Of a DNA stretch of 64,000 nt, positions 38,251-51,688 are shown in pieces. The translations under genes were made by a program, and so were the position numbers. The stretch is from the NCBI RefSeq assembly GCF_006345805.1, contig NC_043020.1, positions 17,422,001 through 17,486,000 of the forward strand, in the 5' to 3' direction. Position 1 is the first letter of the stretch, and each line of letters opens with the position of its first letter. This DNA is from Octopus sinensis (lineage: Eukaryota). The notes beneath the pieces were generated by a model. That model searched no databases, had not been told where the DNA came from, and saw nothing but the letters and a program-made list of their open reading frames with translations.

Positions 38251-38519
38251 TGGCAACACCTTTCTGCACATGTCCACTCCACACATGCTCACACACATGC
38301 ACATCGACAACTTAGCGGTTCGGCAAAAAGAGACCGATAGAATAAGTACTGGGCTTACAAAGAATAAGTCCCAGGGTCAATTTGCTCGACTAAAGGTGGT
38401 GCTCCAGCATGGCCGCAGTCAAATGACTGAAACAAGTAAAAGAGTAAAAGAGTATTCATATATTTCTTGAAAATGGAGTCATAACCCCGAAATATTGAAT
38501 ACAAGGCAAGTCTAGATTA

Positions 38520-38825
38520 ATCCACATATTTGGTTTCTGGTGATTTACCTTGCATTTACTTCGCATTGTTTTGGCCTTACCCACATTCCTTTATACAATA
38601 TATTTTACACAATACTTCATAGTGATTACTCCAATATATGTGACCGCGTGTGTACCATTAGCGATTTTTTCCTCCATCTTCCCTTCCTTGGATCTTTCCT
38701 TTTCCTATGTTTCTGATGTTAAATCCTCCTTCTTTCCTTCCTTTCCTGAGCGTCCAATAACACTATACTTGTTCCATGTCCTCGCATTGTTGTATTTTCC
38801 CTTTGTGTTTTCATGTTTGGATTAA
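38520..38825 (+). mobile_element. Short PLE-type element (family of 17745-17942) lacking hammerhead stem II
   Basis: ctgatg|ttaaatcc here, versus ctgatgaagagatctgctcgaaatgttaaatcc in the other copy. Confidence 0.6.
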
Positions 38826-38860
<35 letters not shown>

Positions 38861-38902
38861 ATATATATATACATACATACATACATATATATATATATAT
38901 AC

Positions 38903-38933
<31 letters not shown>

Positions 38934-38948
38934 CAAATATATATACAC

Positions 38949-38983
<35 letters not shown>

Positions 38984-39346
38984 CACATACATATATATAT
39001 ATATATAATGATGGATGGATCGATGGATGGACAGATATATACAGACACTATTGTTTTGATGTCCATTTTTTCATGCTTGGGTAGTTTATTGAGGCAGATT
39101 TTTCTACAACTGGATGTCCTTCCTGTCACCATTCCATACCTGTTTCCAAGAAAGGTAATATTTCCCATTGGCCAGACATGTTTTTACAAAATATTGAAAA
39201 TGAATGACATTCTTTGTATGACAGTGATAATGATATACTTTCATGTGATGCTAAGACAAGGACACACAAACATACACCGCCACACACACAAACCAACATA
39301 CATACATACATACATACATACATACATACATCCATACATCCATACA

Positions 39347-39377
<31 letters not shown>

Positions 39378-39486
39378 GTACATGCATACATACATACATC
39401 CATACATACATACATACATACATACATACGTAAATACATACGTACATACATACATACATACATACATCCATACATACATACATACA

Positions 39487-39517
<31 letters not shown>

Positions 39518-40859
39518 GTTTATAAAGTACCTTATAGGTTACCTATATCATACCTCAATAAGGTGTGAACTGAGATCCCCATTGACAGACCACTGATATT
39601 AAAGTGAAGTGTTAAACATTTACAATATGCAAATTCGTATCCCCAGTTTTCTGTAGCCTACTCTAATTGTTAAGTATATAAACAGAGTGGCTGCTTGTTT
39701 TGCTGAGATTATTCAAATTAATGTTGATACCTCTGATGAGGATCCAACGAGATTTAAAATCAATAAGGCAGGAAGCTGGCAGAATCATTAGCACGCTCGA
39801 ATCATTCACCCATCGCTAAGTTCTGAGTTCAAATTCCACCAAGGTTGACTTTGCCCTTCATCCTTTCAGGGTCAATAAAATAAGTACTTGTTACATACTG
39901 ACATCAATAAATACTTGTGCTTCCTGTAGAAAAGATTTTATATCAATTGTGATACCAGTGCCAGTGGCACGTAAGAGAACCATTCGAACATGGCCGTAGC
40001 CAGCGCCACCCGACTGGCCTCAGTACCGGAGGCACTTAAATTGCACCATCCAATCATGGCCGTTTGCCAGTCTCATCTGGCACGTAAAAAGCACCCACTA
40101 CACTGATGGAGTGGTTGGCGTTAGGAAGGGCATCCAGCTGTAGAAACACTGCCAGATCAGACTGGGCCTGGTGCAGCCTCCTGGCTTCCCAGACCACAGT
40201 TGAACCGTCCAACCCATGCCAGCATGGAAAGCGGACGTTAATCGATGATGATGATGATAAGGTTGTTTATCATTATTTTCAATCTACAGAGAAACAGCTA
40301 AATTAGCCTTGTTTATAAAGACAGGTAATATTTATCTTCGCTTTTATCCCACTTAAATGTGGATGTTCTGCTACAACAAACTTTATTAATACTTAGAGGA
40401 AATATTTATGCCCACTGTTTATATTGCTAGTACTTTACTTGTACTTTTGGCGACATTCACCCTGGGCGAGTTGAGTTGGCTTCTTCTACCACCCTCGAGG
40501 CATCTCGAAGAAAGTGGAAGAAGTTTCGTGGGAATATGTGGATTTCACAAGCTGTCCCCAACAATCCCGCATGTAGAGACATCCTGTTTGCCGCAGATTG
40601 TCTGCAGATGCAGGGATAGAATGACCGAGGAGCCGCCGGTTGCCAAAACAGACACTCCGAGGATTTTCACCAGAGCCCCGTCTGCCAGATTGTGACCCTA
40701 ATACCACTAGGTGTCAGACCAATCCACCTTGGGTGGCCCTACCAGGAACCGAAGTTCCCGACGGCATAGCTCTGACACTACCCGTTGCCAGCGTCCCCAC
40801 CACGGTGAGAAGGTGATGGACTTTGGGGATGTGATTGCTAGTAGGGGGATGAATTCTCA

Positions 40860-41095
40860 CCCTCTCCAGCACCGAGACTACCAAATCACAGGGTTTCAAC
40901 TTTCTCAGTACTGGAGATGGCAGGGATCTATCTTGAGCAAAACACTTCATTTCATGTTGCTCCAGTCCACTCGGCCGGTAAAAGTGAGTAATCCTGCAAT
41001 GGACTGGCATCCCATCCAGGGGAGAATATATACATGCCAGAGAAACTGGAAAACTGGCCCTATGCTCCATATGGAGAAATGTAGACTAACCAATT
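40860..41095 (+). mobile_element. V-domain-type SINE
   Basis: atggactggcatcccatccagggg resembles the V-SINE conserved domain (from memory). Confidence 0.5.
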
Positions 41096-42018
41096 TGTAA
41101 GATCTAGTCACTTCAGTCTTGCAATCTTGTCTGAAAAACCAAATGATTTTCGTACCCTTGATGTAGAATCTGCCTTACAGGCTTTTCAAAGAATTAGTTG
41201 CACCATTTGGAATGGTAAATAGGTAAGATCTTGGCTTTTGAATGAATCTCACTTCTGTTAATGATATAGGGCAAGAAATAAATATCATTAAATCTCACTT
41301 CTAAATCTCATATAATTCCGTGATGTGTGTGTTTATATGCATAAGAACAAGTATGTGTGTGTACATGTATGTGGGAGTGTGTATGTTCATATGTGTATGG
41401 TTGGTATATGTGCATATGTGTATGCATGTGTGATAATATGAGCAAGTAAATATATATATATATGTACATATTCGTATATATATATGTACATATATATTTG
41501 TATATATATGTACAAGTAAATATATGTATATATTTATACATATTTGTATATTTGTAGGTGCATGTATATTTGTATTTGTATGAGAGATAAGGAGAGAGGG
41601 GATGTGTGTGTGTGTGTGTGTATATGTGCATATAGCTTTGCTTGTGCATATACGTCTCCATGAGCACACATGAAAGAAATTTAAAAAAAAGGTACCAGCT
41701 ACTAGGAAAGGAATGAAGAAGAGCAGAGGCAGATAGAGAGAGAGAGAAACAGAGAGAGAGAGAAATAGAGAGAGAGAGAGAGAGAGAAAGAAATATGGAG
41801 AGAAAGAAATATGGAGAGAAAGAAATAGAGAGAGGGAGAGAAAGAACTAGAGAGAGAAAGAAATAGAGAGAGGGAGAGAGAAATAGAGAGAGAGAGTGAA
41901 AAATACAGAGAAGGATAAAGAAGAAGAAGGAGAGAGAGAAGGCAAAAAATATGAAAGAAGACACAGAAATACAATTTATCAAAACAGATTATAAATATAT
42001 ATATATATATATATATAT

Positions 42019-42180
42019 AGGTATATGTGTGTATATATATATATACATACAGTTCCTTCATCTTTTCTTCCTTGTCTATGCTGCATCTTAGTGGAAAAGA
42101 GAGTAGGAAGGCATGTGACTCTCTATTTCTCATTCTCTCTCCCTACCTCACACACTCTCCCTCTCACTCTCTCCTTCTCA

Positions 42181-42212
<32 letters not shown>

Positions 42213-43508
42213 AACCCACATTTCAATAAATTTGGTTCCATGACTGACTCACGCACACTCACTCACAAACAACACGTACACACATACACACAAACTTAAC
42301 ACAGACACACACACTCAAGTAATTACATACAGGTACACAACGCATACATACACATACACATGCACACGCACACACTTACTGACACATATATAAGCATATC
42401 CACGCATGTACGCACACACATGCAAAATGGCAAAGGGATGTGCATGCCTACATATATGTGTGACTGCGAGGGTAAGTGTGACACTGCTTATAGATTATAA
42501 GCATGTGTGTCTATGTATAGATATATATATTAGCTGAAATGTATACAAACATCCCTCAATTTCACTAGACTGTAACCTGCAAAGGTCATGTGCACTACAC
42601 ACTCCCCTACCCCTCAATCTCACGAAAACAGAAATACCTAAAACTAAGGAATTGAGGTTTATAAAATTATGGTGTTTGCCATATTTCCTCAACTTATATT
42701 TTTCAATGGCTTCAACCATTTCGCTGCAACAATACATACATACACACACACATATATAATGTGTGTGTATATATATATATATACTCTTTTACTTGTTTCA
42801 GTCATTTGACTGCGGCCATGCTGGAGCACCGCCTTTAGTCGAGCAACTCGACCCCGGACTTATTCTTTGTAAGCCAGTATTTATTCTATCGGCCTCTTTT
42901 GCCGAACCGCTAAGTAACGGGGACATAAACACACCAGCATCGGTTGTCAAGCAATGCTAGGGGGACGAACACAGACACACAAACATACACGCACACATAT
43001 ATACATACATATATACGACGGGCTTCTTTCAGTTTCCATCTACCAAATCCACTCACAAGGCTTTGGTCGGCCCGAGGCTATAGTAGAAGACACTTGCCCA
43101 AGGTGCCACGCAGAGGGACTGAACCCGGAACCATGTGGTTGGTAAACAAGCTACTTACCACACAGCCACTCCTGCGCCATTATATATATTTATATACTTT
43201 TCTTCTCTAGGCACAAGGCCTGAAATTTTGGGTGAGAGGCAAGTCAATTAGGTCGACTCCAGTACGTAACTGGTACGTAAATTATCGAACCTGAAAGGAT
43301 GAAAGGCAAAGTCGACCTCGGCGGAATTTGAACTCAGAACGTAAAGACAAATGATGAAATGAGTGCTTGACACTGCATTGGTGGAGAGAATTTCTTCATT
43401 TGTGTATTAAAGTTACGCACATAGCATATATATATATAGATATATATATATATATATATATAATATATATATATACACATATACATGTACATACAATATA
43501 TGTATATG

Positions 43509-43586
<78 letters not shown>

Positions 43587-43721
43587 CATACAGTTCCTTC
43601 ATCTTTTCTTCCTTGTCTATGCTGCATCTTAGTGGAAAAGAGAGTAGGAAGGCATGTGACTCTCTATTTCTCATTCTCTCTCCCTACCTCACACACTCTT
43701 CCTCTCACTCTCTCCTTCTCA

Positions 43722-43753
<32 letters not shown>

Positions 43754-44965
43754 AACCCACATTTCAATAAATTTGGTTCCATGACTGACTCACGCACACT
43801 CACTCACAAACAACACGTACACACATACACACAAACTTAACACAGACACACACACTCAAGTAATTACATACAGGTACACAACGCATACATACACATACAC
43901 ATGCACACGCACACACTTACTGACACATATATAAGCATATCCACGCATGTACGCACACACATGCAAAATGGCAAAGGGATGTGCATGCCTACATATATGT
44001 GTGACTGCGAGGGTAAGTGTGACACTGCTTATAGATTATAAGCATGTGTGTCTATGTATAGATATATATATTAGCTGAAATGTATACAAACATCCCTCAA
44101 TTTCACTAGACTGTAACCTGCAAAGGTCATGTGCACTACACACTCCCCTACCCCTCAATCTCACGAAAACAGAAATACCTAAAACTAAGGAATTGAGGTT
44201 TATAAAATTATGGTGTTTGCCATATTTCCTCAACTTATATTTTTCAATGGCTTCAACCATTTCGCTGCAACAATACATACATACACACACACATATATAA
44301 TGTGTGTGTATATATATATATACTCTTTTACTTGTTTCAGTCATTTGACTGCGGCCATGCTGGAGCACCGCCTTTAGTCGAGCAACTCGACCCCGGGACT
44401 TATTCTTTGTAAGCCCAGTATTTATTCTATCGGCCTCTTTTGCCGAACCGCTAAGTAACGGGGACATAAACACACCAGCATCGGTTGTCAAGCAATGCTA
44501 GGGGGACGAACACAGACACACAAACATACACGCACACATATATACATACATATATACGACGGGCTTCTTTCAGTTTCCATCTACCAAATCCACTCACAAG
44601 GCTTTGGTCGGCCCGAGGCTATAGTAGAAGACACTTGCCCAAGGTGCCACGCAGAGGGACTGAACCCGGAACCATGTGGTTGGTAAACAAGCTACTTACC
44701 ACACAGCCACTCCTGCGCCATTATATATATTTATATACTTTTCTTCTCTAGGCACAAGGCCTGAAATTTTGGGTGAGAAGGCAAGTCAATTAGGTCGACT
44801 CCAGTACGTAACTGGTACGTAAATTTATCGAACCTGAAAGGATGAAAGGCAAAGTCGACCTCGGCGGAATTTGAACTCAGAACGTAAAGACAAATGATGA
44901 AATGAGTGCTTGACACTGCATTGGTGGAGAGAATTTCTTCATTTGTGTATTAAAGTTACGCACAT
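42019..44965. repeat. Near-identical tandem duplication, period about 1540 bp
   Basis: ORFs 42944-43210 and 44485-44751 are identical (offset 1541). Each unit contains a SINE A(-) and a SINE B(-). Confidence 0.9.
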
Positions 44966-44966
44966 A

Positions 44967-45013
<47 letters not shown>

Positions 45014-45130
45014 CACATATACATGTACATACAATATATGTATATGTATATATATATATGTATATACATATATATACAATATATATACATATATATACGT
45101 ATATATATATGTATATATATACATATATAT

Positions 45131-45181
<51 letters not shown>

Positions 45182-45229
45182 ATTTTAATCCAAACGGGAA
45201 AACAAAAAACAACAACAATGGAACAATTA

Positions 45230-45974
45230 CAGTATTATTATTAATAGGCGCTCAGGAAATGGAAGCAGGAGGGTATGACGTTTCGAGCGGAGCTCTTCGT
45301 CGGAACATAAAGAAGGAAGAGAGAGGAAAGAAAGATCCCAAAGCGGGCAACAGGGATAGAGAAAAAAAAACGACTGGTGTTTACGAGTTACACATGGTGA
45401 AAGGCGGAAGTTTACGATAACAAGAGCAAAGTAGGTTTTTAAAGGCAAAAGAGTGGAGACAAGGTTGGTAACGCAACAGATGTGTGTGTATGTGTGAGTG
45501 TGTGCGTGTGCGTGTGTGTATGTGTGTGTGTGAGGCGAGATAAAAAAACAAAAAATATATGTATGTGTTAGTGTGTGCGTCTGTGTGTAGGCGTGTGAGG
45601 TAGGGCGAGACAGTAGTAGGCATAGCAGACACTGGTCAGTAGTAAGAAAAAGAAGGAAGGAGGAAGGGAGGGAGGGGAAGGGGTGGGGGCGTATGTAGCG
45701 TGCCAGCGTGTGTTGAGTAGTAGTGTGTGTGTGTGTCCAGTGTCGTGGTAGTATTAATGGCGAGTAGATTGAATGTGTGTAAGAGTAATGTATATATGTA
45801 AGCAATGTGTGTATATCTGTGCGCGTGTGTGTAACAAAAAAGGGGGGGTTAAGGAAAAAGGACTCCAGCTGAGGGGAAGATGGAAGAGTGGTCCCGCGGA
45901 GACGGGCGTGGGAAAACCCAACGACAAGCGACGGTCCCAGGAACGAGCGGGAGGTCTCGTCGGGTCCAAGAGCG

Positions 45975-45980
<6 letters not shown>
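45230..45980 (-). mobile_element. About 750-bp microsatellite-rich non-autonomous element with a hammerhead-like motif, between (TA)n runs
   Basis: Minus strand reads CCGACGA-A-GAGC[ucc]GCUC-GAAAC-GUC at about 45277-45303. Related to 17745-17942. Confidence 0.55.
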
Positions 45981-46012
<32 letters not shown>

Positions 46013-46039
46013 GTATATGTGTATATACATATAAATATG

Positions 46040-46202
46040 CAGAAGTGGCTGTGTGGTAAGAAGCTTACTTCCCAACCACACGGTTCCAGGTTCAGTCCAA
46101 CTGCGTGGCACATTGGGCAAGTGGCTTCTACTATAGCCTAAGCCCAACCAGAGCCTTGTGAGTGGATTTGGTAGACGGAAACTGAAAGAAGCCCGTTGTG
46201 TG

Positions 46203-46234
<32 letters not shown>

Positions 46235-46390
46235 CCTACACTATTGCTTCACAACTGATGTTGGTGTGCTTATGTCACTCATAACTTAGCAGTTTGGCAA
46301 AAGAACCTGATAGACTGAGTACTAGGCTTACAAATTAAAAGGGGTGCTCCAGCATGGACCCAGTCAAATGACTGAAACAAAGTAAAAGAA
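46040..46390 (+). mobile_element. SINE family A
   Basis: Homology to 909-1328. Confidence 0.8.
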
Positions 46391-46401
46391 TATATATTAC
46401 T

Positions 46402-46490
<89 letters not shown>

Positions 46491-46509
46491 GATAGATAGA
46501 TAGATAGAT

Positions 46510-46548
<39 letters not shown>

Positions 46549-47729
46549 AAATATTATTAGAGACAAAACCACTATTTTGCAAAACAAACAAGGAAAGACT
46601 TAATCAATACATAAAATTTTAATAAATAGTCAAAAAATAGTCATATATATATATATCTTGACTGCTCAGTACTTTAGAATGTGCATCTCTTTCGGATATT
46701 GATAAATTGGTGATGAGAGGACCCAGCAAGCCAAGTGAAACCATAACCCTTGGCCTACGCCAGCAGTGCAACCAGCCTACTTATGCATACCTTTCTTTCA
46801 TTGGACACTAAACTTTGCTTGCGAAGACCTGTTGAGGCAAGGGAAATCACAATCAAAATCAAATTCACTGATGTGGCCGATGACATCACCTCCTGAGTGG
46901 CACCTGTGCCAGTGGAACATTAAAGCACCATCCGAGCATGATCGCTTCCGGGGCCACTGACTGGCTCCCATGCCAGTGGCACATAAAAAGCACCATTCGA
47001 ACATGATCATTACCAGCATCACCTTACTGGCACTTGTGCTGGTGGCACATGGAAAACAACATTCAAGCGAGGCTGTTGCCAGTGCCACTGGACTGGCTCC
47101 TGTGCAGGTGGCACATAAAAGCACCCACTACACGCTTAGAGGGGTTGGTGTTAGGAAGGGCATCCAGCTGTAGAAACTCTGCCAGATCAGATTGGAGCCT
47201 GATGCAGCCATCTGGCTCGCCAGTCCTCAATCAAACCGTCCAACTCATGCCAGCATGGAAAGTGGACGTTAAACGATGATGATGGTGGTGATGTTATATA
47301 TATTCATATATATATATGATATATATATTCATATATATATATATATATATATATATACGCTTGCATGTGTAGATGTGTGTGTGTGTGTGTGTAATATACT
47401 GTTCCCTGAAGGTAAGATCAACAAAATGTATTCTATCTGGTGAGAGATAAATATTGTTTAGTAAACACAGTATATATTTTTATGAACTGCTGATAGTTTC
47501 ATGCGATGAAAAACAACTCAGACAGCATTTTATAACACATCTAGTGCCTTCATGCAATCCTCAGGCTCTACTCACATGGCATAACAAGCTAAAGCAGGAT
47601 GATAGAGTAAGAGAAAATACAAAAAAAGGAGAAGAAAGTAGATGTAAAAGGTGGAAAGTTGAAAACACTGGAGAGTGAAGAAGAAAACAAAAGTGGGAGT
47701 GGGAGAATTAGAGTTATATATCCCTTTTG

Positions 47730-49610
47730 ACCATAAAGCCATAAGACTACAGTACAGGTGATCAATTCAGAGAGCATGGTATTTCCAATTCCCCAAGAGA
47801 AACCTATCCATATGTTCACATCTGCTGAAAATTCCAGGTCTGAAATTTAGCAATGCTGTGGCGTTCTTAAATCTGAAAAGGATCTGTGATCTTTCAGCCA
47901 AGCACAGCTTACAATTTTGGATCCGTTGACATATGGTGTGGACATTTCAATTATTTTCCTTCTGATTGTATGTAGTGTCATGTTAGACTTCAAACCCAAT
48001 GCATAGCTAGCCAACTTAGTGGCTTTACTCTTGTCCCTGTGCTGGAAGCAAGATATGTTGTTAGCATAGCAATTTTTGAAGTCACCCTCTCATAGCTTAA
48101 TGTAGCTCTTCTTTACAGTTATGTTATCATTTTATTGTAACTTCTGCCTCATATATGATGGATTTAATCATGCACCTCTGGCTGAGTGGACAGGTTCCTG
48201 GGTTTCAACAATTACAACTGAGTGTAAGCTTTTGCTGGTGTTCATGTGTAATGATGCTCTTCATATTGGAACAGCAGCTATATGACAATTTGACTGAGTG
48301 CCTGCTGAATATTTTTCTGTACCTGTGATGTATGGGAAAATGTTTGTCTAAGAGAGACAGGAATCTTTTACTAATGTTGGCCTTAACATTAACAAAAAAG
48401 TTGGGGGATGAACCAAATTATTTTCTTAAGTCTATTTTTAGGTTTATTTTTATTATTTGTATTATTACTAGAGTTGTAAATTAATTCATCATTAACCCTT
48501 TTGATACCAACCCGGCCAAAACCGCCTCTGGCTCTGTAGTACAAATGTCTTACTTTCATAAGTATTGAATTAAAATCTTCCACCAAACCTTAGTCACAAT
48601 TTATGTTCCCAACACTAGCTTAATGATAACTTTGTTCTTTTACTAAATTCTTTGTTATATTTAAAGTAATTGAAAGAAACACAGAGAATCTCAAAATAAA
48701 TACAGTAACGAAAGGGTTAAAGCCACTATTGGGCAGAGCATTGTTGTAGTAGGGGACAGGGATGTTTTTCTTGCATACAAAATAAAATCTAGATCTACAG
48801 GGTCTATATCAACGTGTGATTTAGCAAAATTGATCTTCATAAAAATCTATAGTAAATCTAACCTAAAAATCTATTATGTCAAATTGAGTAAATCTAACCC
48901 TATGCTTATTTTTAATGTTCATAAACCAATCTATTACAGTAAAACTGTTATCCCATTGTTGTAGCCTAGTCATCTCTCTAATTTTGGTATTAATGTTTCT
49001 TAATATTTTTTTAGCTACTAAATTGATTTCGGTCCTCACTGGGTCTGACAACCTACAAGTATGTTTATTACGAAAATTGGGTTTATGGTCTTTTAGAATA
49101 ATAAAAGCTTTCCATTTTGCTAAGCATTGTAATCTATCATTGATTTTGCTGTTTAGCAAGGAATTTAGCCTCATCATTAATATCATTGTACCTATCTAGG
49201 TTAGCTTTCTTATATTGAATGGAAATGGTATCATTTAGCAACTTATCATAAAGATCATTAATAACTTCAGACAGGTTACTGGTCTTATCAGAAAATACAA
49301 TCTTCGTTTTAGAGCTTCTAAAGTTTCTAATATCAGATTTCAGCTTGATTTCAAAGGAGTTATGGTACTTATGGAATCTGATACTGGTAACTAAATCAAG
49401 GAGGTCTGCCCCTCAAAAGGAGATAAATCTTTTATCCTAGGAGGATATTTGCATGTCTTTAGTTCATAAAGTTCCATAGCTGTGGGAGAAGGTGCGACAT
49501 CAAAAAAATAAGGCCTTCCATCTCATCTATCCCACAAGGCCCTCAACTTTCTTGAGTATCCTGGAATATAGGTTATTCAATAGTGTAGGTATATCCTGAG
49601 CAGATTAATC
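47730..49610 (-). mobile_element. Decayed PLE with C-terminal endonuclease (possibly Hydra clade), RT core deleted
   Basis: Manual translation gives MRWKALFF, SDKTSN, LKDHKPNF...CRL, FDIIDF, IIWF, LLDKHFP..H...KIF...KLSYSC..N, CNC...CPL...C, CKLCL and CEH...FLL. Confidence 0.8.
48496..48716. mobile_element. piggyBac-like MITE, family 2
   Basis: TTAA TSD both sides; CCCTTT...AAAGGG ends; homologous to 57891-58104. Confidence 0.85.
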
Positions 49611-50564
49611 CCACACACGCACACACACTAACATGCATACATATACACAAACACACACACCAACACCACCACCACTACCATCATCCTCATCATCATCCTC
49701 CTTCTCATCATCATCATCTTTGATGTCTGTTGTCCAAACTGGCATGGAAGGAATGGTTTGACAAGGATCTGATGAGTCAAGGTCTGCATCATACTCCAAT
49801 GTCGACTTTGGCCTGGTTTCTCCTACTGAATGCACTTCCTAATGCCAACCACTTTGTGCACTGCGTCCATTTTTCGTGCCATCAGCACTATTAAGGTCAC
49901 CTTCAAGTCAACAAACCCAGAGGTGAGGGAATGTTACCTCTGTATGCTAGATGGAGGTTTAATATATGAAGGAAGAGGTTGGGGTAGAGCAGGTTTTTGT
50001 TGTAGGGGAGGAGCTACAAAGCTACTCACATTTAGGGGAGACAAAGTGAAAATCAATTAGAGGTATCTCCGATGTCGATGAGGTGTCCAGGTGGTACCTC
50101 AGGCAGCAAGAGCAATACTGGGTGGGGTGGATGTGAGTTTTTGCAAGAGTGTATAGGAGAAGAGATAGGGGAACTGAAAGAGGGAGGCAGGCAACATCTG
50201 TAAAGACTGAAGGGACTGGTTCATGAGTTGGGGAGGCTATTGGGATATTAGCAGTATGGTACTAATGATATCATTGACAGGGAGAAGCGAGAGAGAGAGA
50301 GATGATGATGTATTTTGGTAAGCTGCAGAAGCAGAGTAGAGAGATAAGACAGGCATAATGCATGAGCAGAGATGATTTGGTGGTCTGGGGAGGGGTGAGT
50401 CACATGTGGGTGTGGCGAGCAATATTAATGAATAAACAAGTGAGATGGTTCTGGGTTGTGAGAGAGAAAAATGGTATCAGGATGGCGGTTGGGAATATGA
50501 AGAGGATGATAAGGTGTTGTGGGGGCCAGGCAACATGAGGGAGTGGGATTGATTGATTAAGGTA

Positions 50565-50566
<2 letters not shown>

Positions 50567-50612
<46 letters not shown>

Positions 50613-50615
50613 ATA

Positions 50616-50652
<37 letters not shown>

Positions 50653-50663
50653 CATACATATAC

Positions 50664-50755
<92 letters not shown>

Positions 50756-50869
50756 ATATAATATATATAGACATATAATATATATATGTATATATATATA
50801 TATGTATATATGTATGTATATATATATATAATAACATATACATATATATATATATATATATGTATGTAT

Positions 50870-50914
<45 letters not shown>

Positions 50915-50927
50915 GTATATGTATGTA

Positions 50928-50958
<31 letters not shown>

Positions 50959-50983
50959 GTATGTATATATATATATGTATATA

Positions 50984-51016
<33 letters not shown>
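50567..51016. repeat. Large (TA)n-rich microsatellite, the insertion site of the PLE
   Basis: Direct inspection. Confidence 0.95.
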
Positions 51017-51024
<8 letters not shown>

Positions 51025-51688
51025 ATATTTCGGAATGGTCATATTGCCAGTTTAGCCAATAAAAACACACGCACTATATATTTGGTGTTATTTTGCTTCA
51101 GTGATATTTATTTTTTACATTAATCTTAATCTTATTTCGGCCAAAGTTCTTTCGTCACACTCCTGTGACCGCATCAGTGGTCCTTTGTTTTCTTCTCACT
51201 TACTTGTGTCTCTCCTTACTAACCGTCAGCCATTTTGTATTTCTATTGTATGTCTTCATTTGCGCATGCTTATATCTCTATGTGCGTCTATGTTTATTTA
51301 GTGTGTGTGTGGGGGGGATGCCTGTAATATTGTATCTTCTGGTTATATACATTCTTGTAATTTGTATTTTGTTTTTGTTGTTGTTGCTTTTGTTCTAATT
51401 TTGTTCATGTGTTTACATCCACCCATTATTATCATTACATATGCTTGTATGTATGCATAACAACAATATTAGTAATAATAATAATAAATCTAATCGAAAA
51501 AAAAAAAAAAAGAATATACATATACATATATATATATACATACATATACATATACATATATATATACATATATACACACATATATACACATATACATACA
51601 TATATATACACATATACATATATATAGATATTCATTTCTATTTCTTTAATTACCTGTGTATTTATTATGTTTGCAGGATCCACTATTG

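Noticed and set aside
40290-40324. Candidate 35-nt exon (ETAKLALFIKT)
   Set aside because: The donor side is homologous to 7868-7918, suggesting a repeat, and no phase-compatible partner was found.
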